DNA of 64,000 nt from Saccostrea cucullata (lineage: Eukaryota): assembly GCF_032062105.1 (NCBI RefSeq), contig NW_026933907.1:124001-188000 (forward strand), given 5' to 3'. Made by a program: the position numbers and the translations under genes. The notes under the pieces are model-generated. The model searched no databases. It was not told where the DNA came from and saw only the letters and a list, made by a program, of their open reading frames with translations. Positions 63,726 to 64,000 of this stretch are shown here, one piece after another. The first letter of the stretch is position 1. Each line of letters opens with the position of its first letter.

Positions 63726-64000
63726 ACCCATAATCATTACTATATACTGAGTTTGTCTGCTACACACTGGGGGAAGAAAAACAAAAAATTTCATAAAATA
63801 AATGCGTTTTCCCTACTTCCTCAATAGAGTTTTACCCTAAGACCAAAGACACATGACAAAATTTTAATCTTGTTGTAAATTTTAAATTTACCGTGTGGAG
63901 GTAAAAACAAAATCGAGTTGTAATGTTGTAAATTTTGTATTTACGGACATCCGGAAAATTCAAAACTTTTGAGCATATTTTTAATTCTTATTCAAAATTT

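Overview
AT-rich, intron-containing animal genomic DNA. The repeat families (Helentron-type elements with ~166-bp satellite arrays, Meta-type SINEs, Naiad-like Penelope fragments) point to a bivalve, probably an oyster; this is an inference. Six host genes were assembled by hand from splice signals: the 3' end of CCDC171 (+), SDHAF4 (+, 2 exons), NCBP1/CBP80 (-, 23 exons), a universal stress protein gene (-, 4 exons), and two Ig-domain surface-protein genes (-) with GPI-like tails. NCBP1 holds most of the surprises: a U12-type intron, an exon 21 that is broken in this sequence while its missing 3' text survives in an adjacent minisatellite, and an insertion-riddled second copy of exon 12 with intact splice sites. 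The right half is packed with nested mobile elements. The main one is a full-length Ngaro-type tyrosine-recombinase retrotransposon (A1-ORFs-B1-A2-B2) with an intact SGNH hydrolase that appears to need splicing to the gag N-terminus. It sits inside a hairpin-bearing Crypton-like element and is itself interrupted by a Helentron-type element. All gene and family calls come from recognising motifs by eye; no database search was run.
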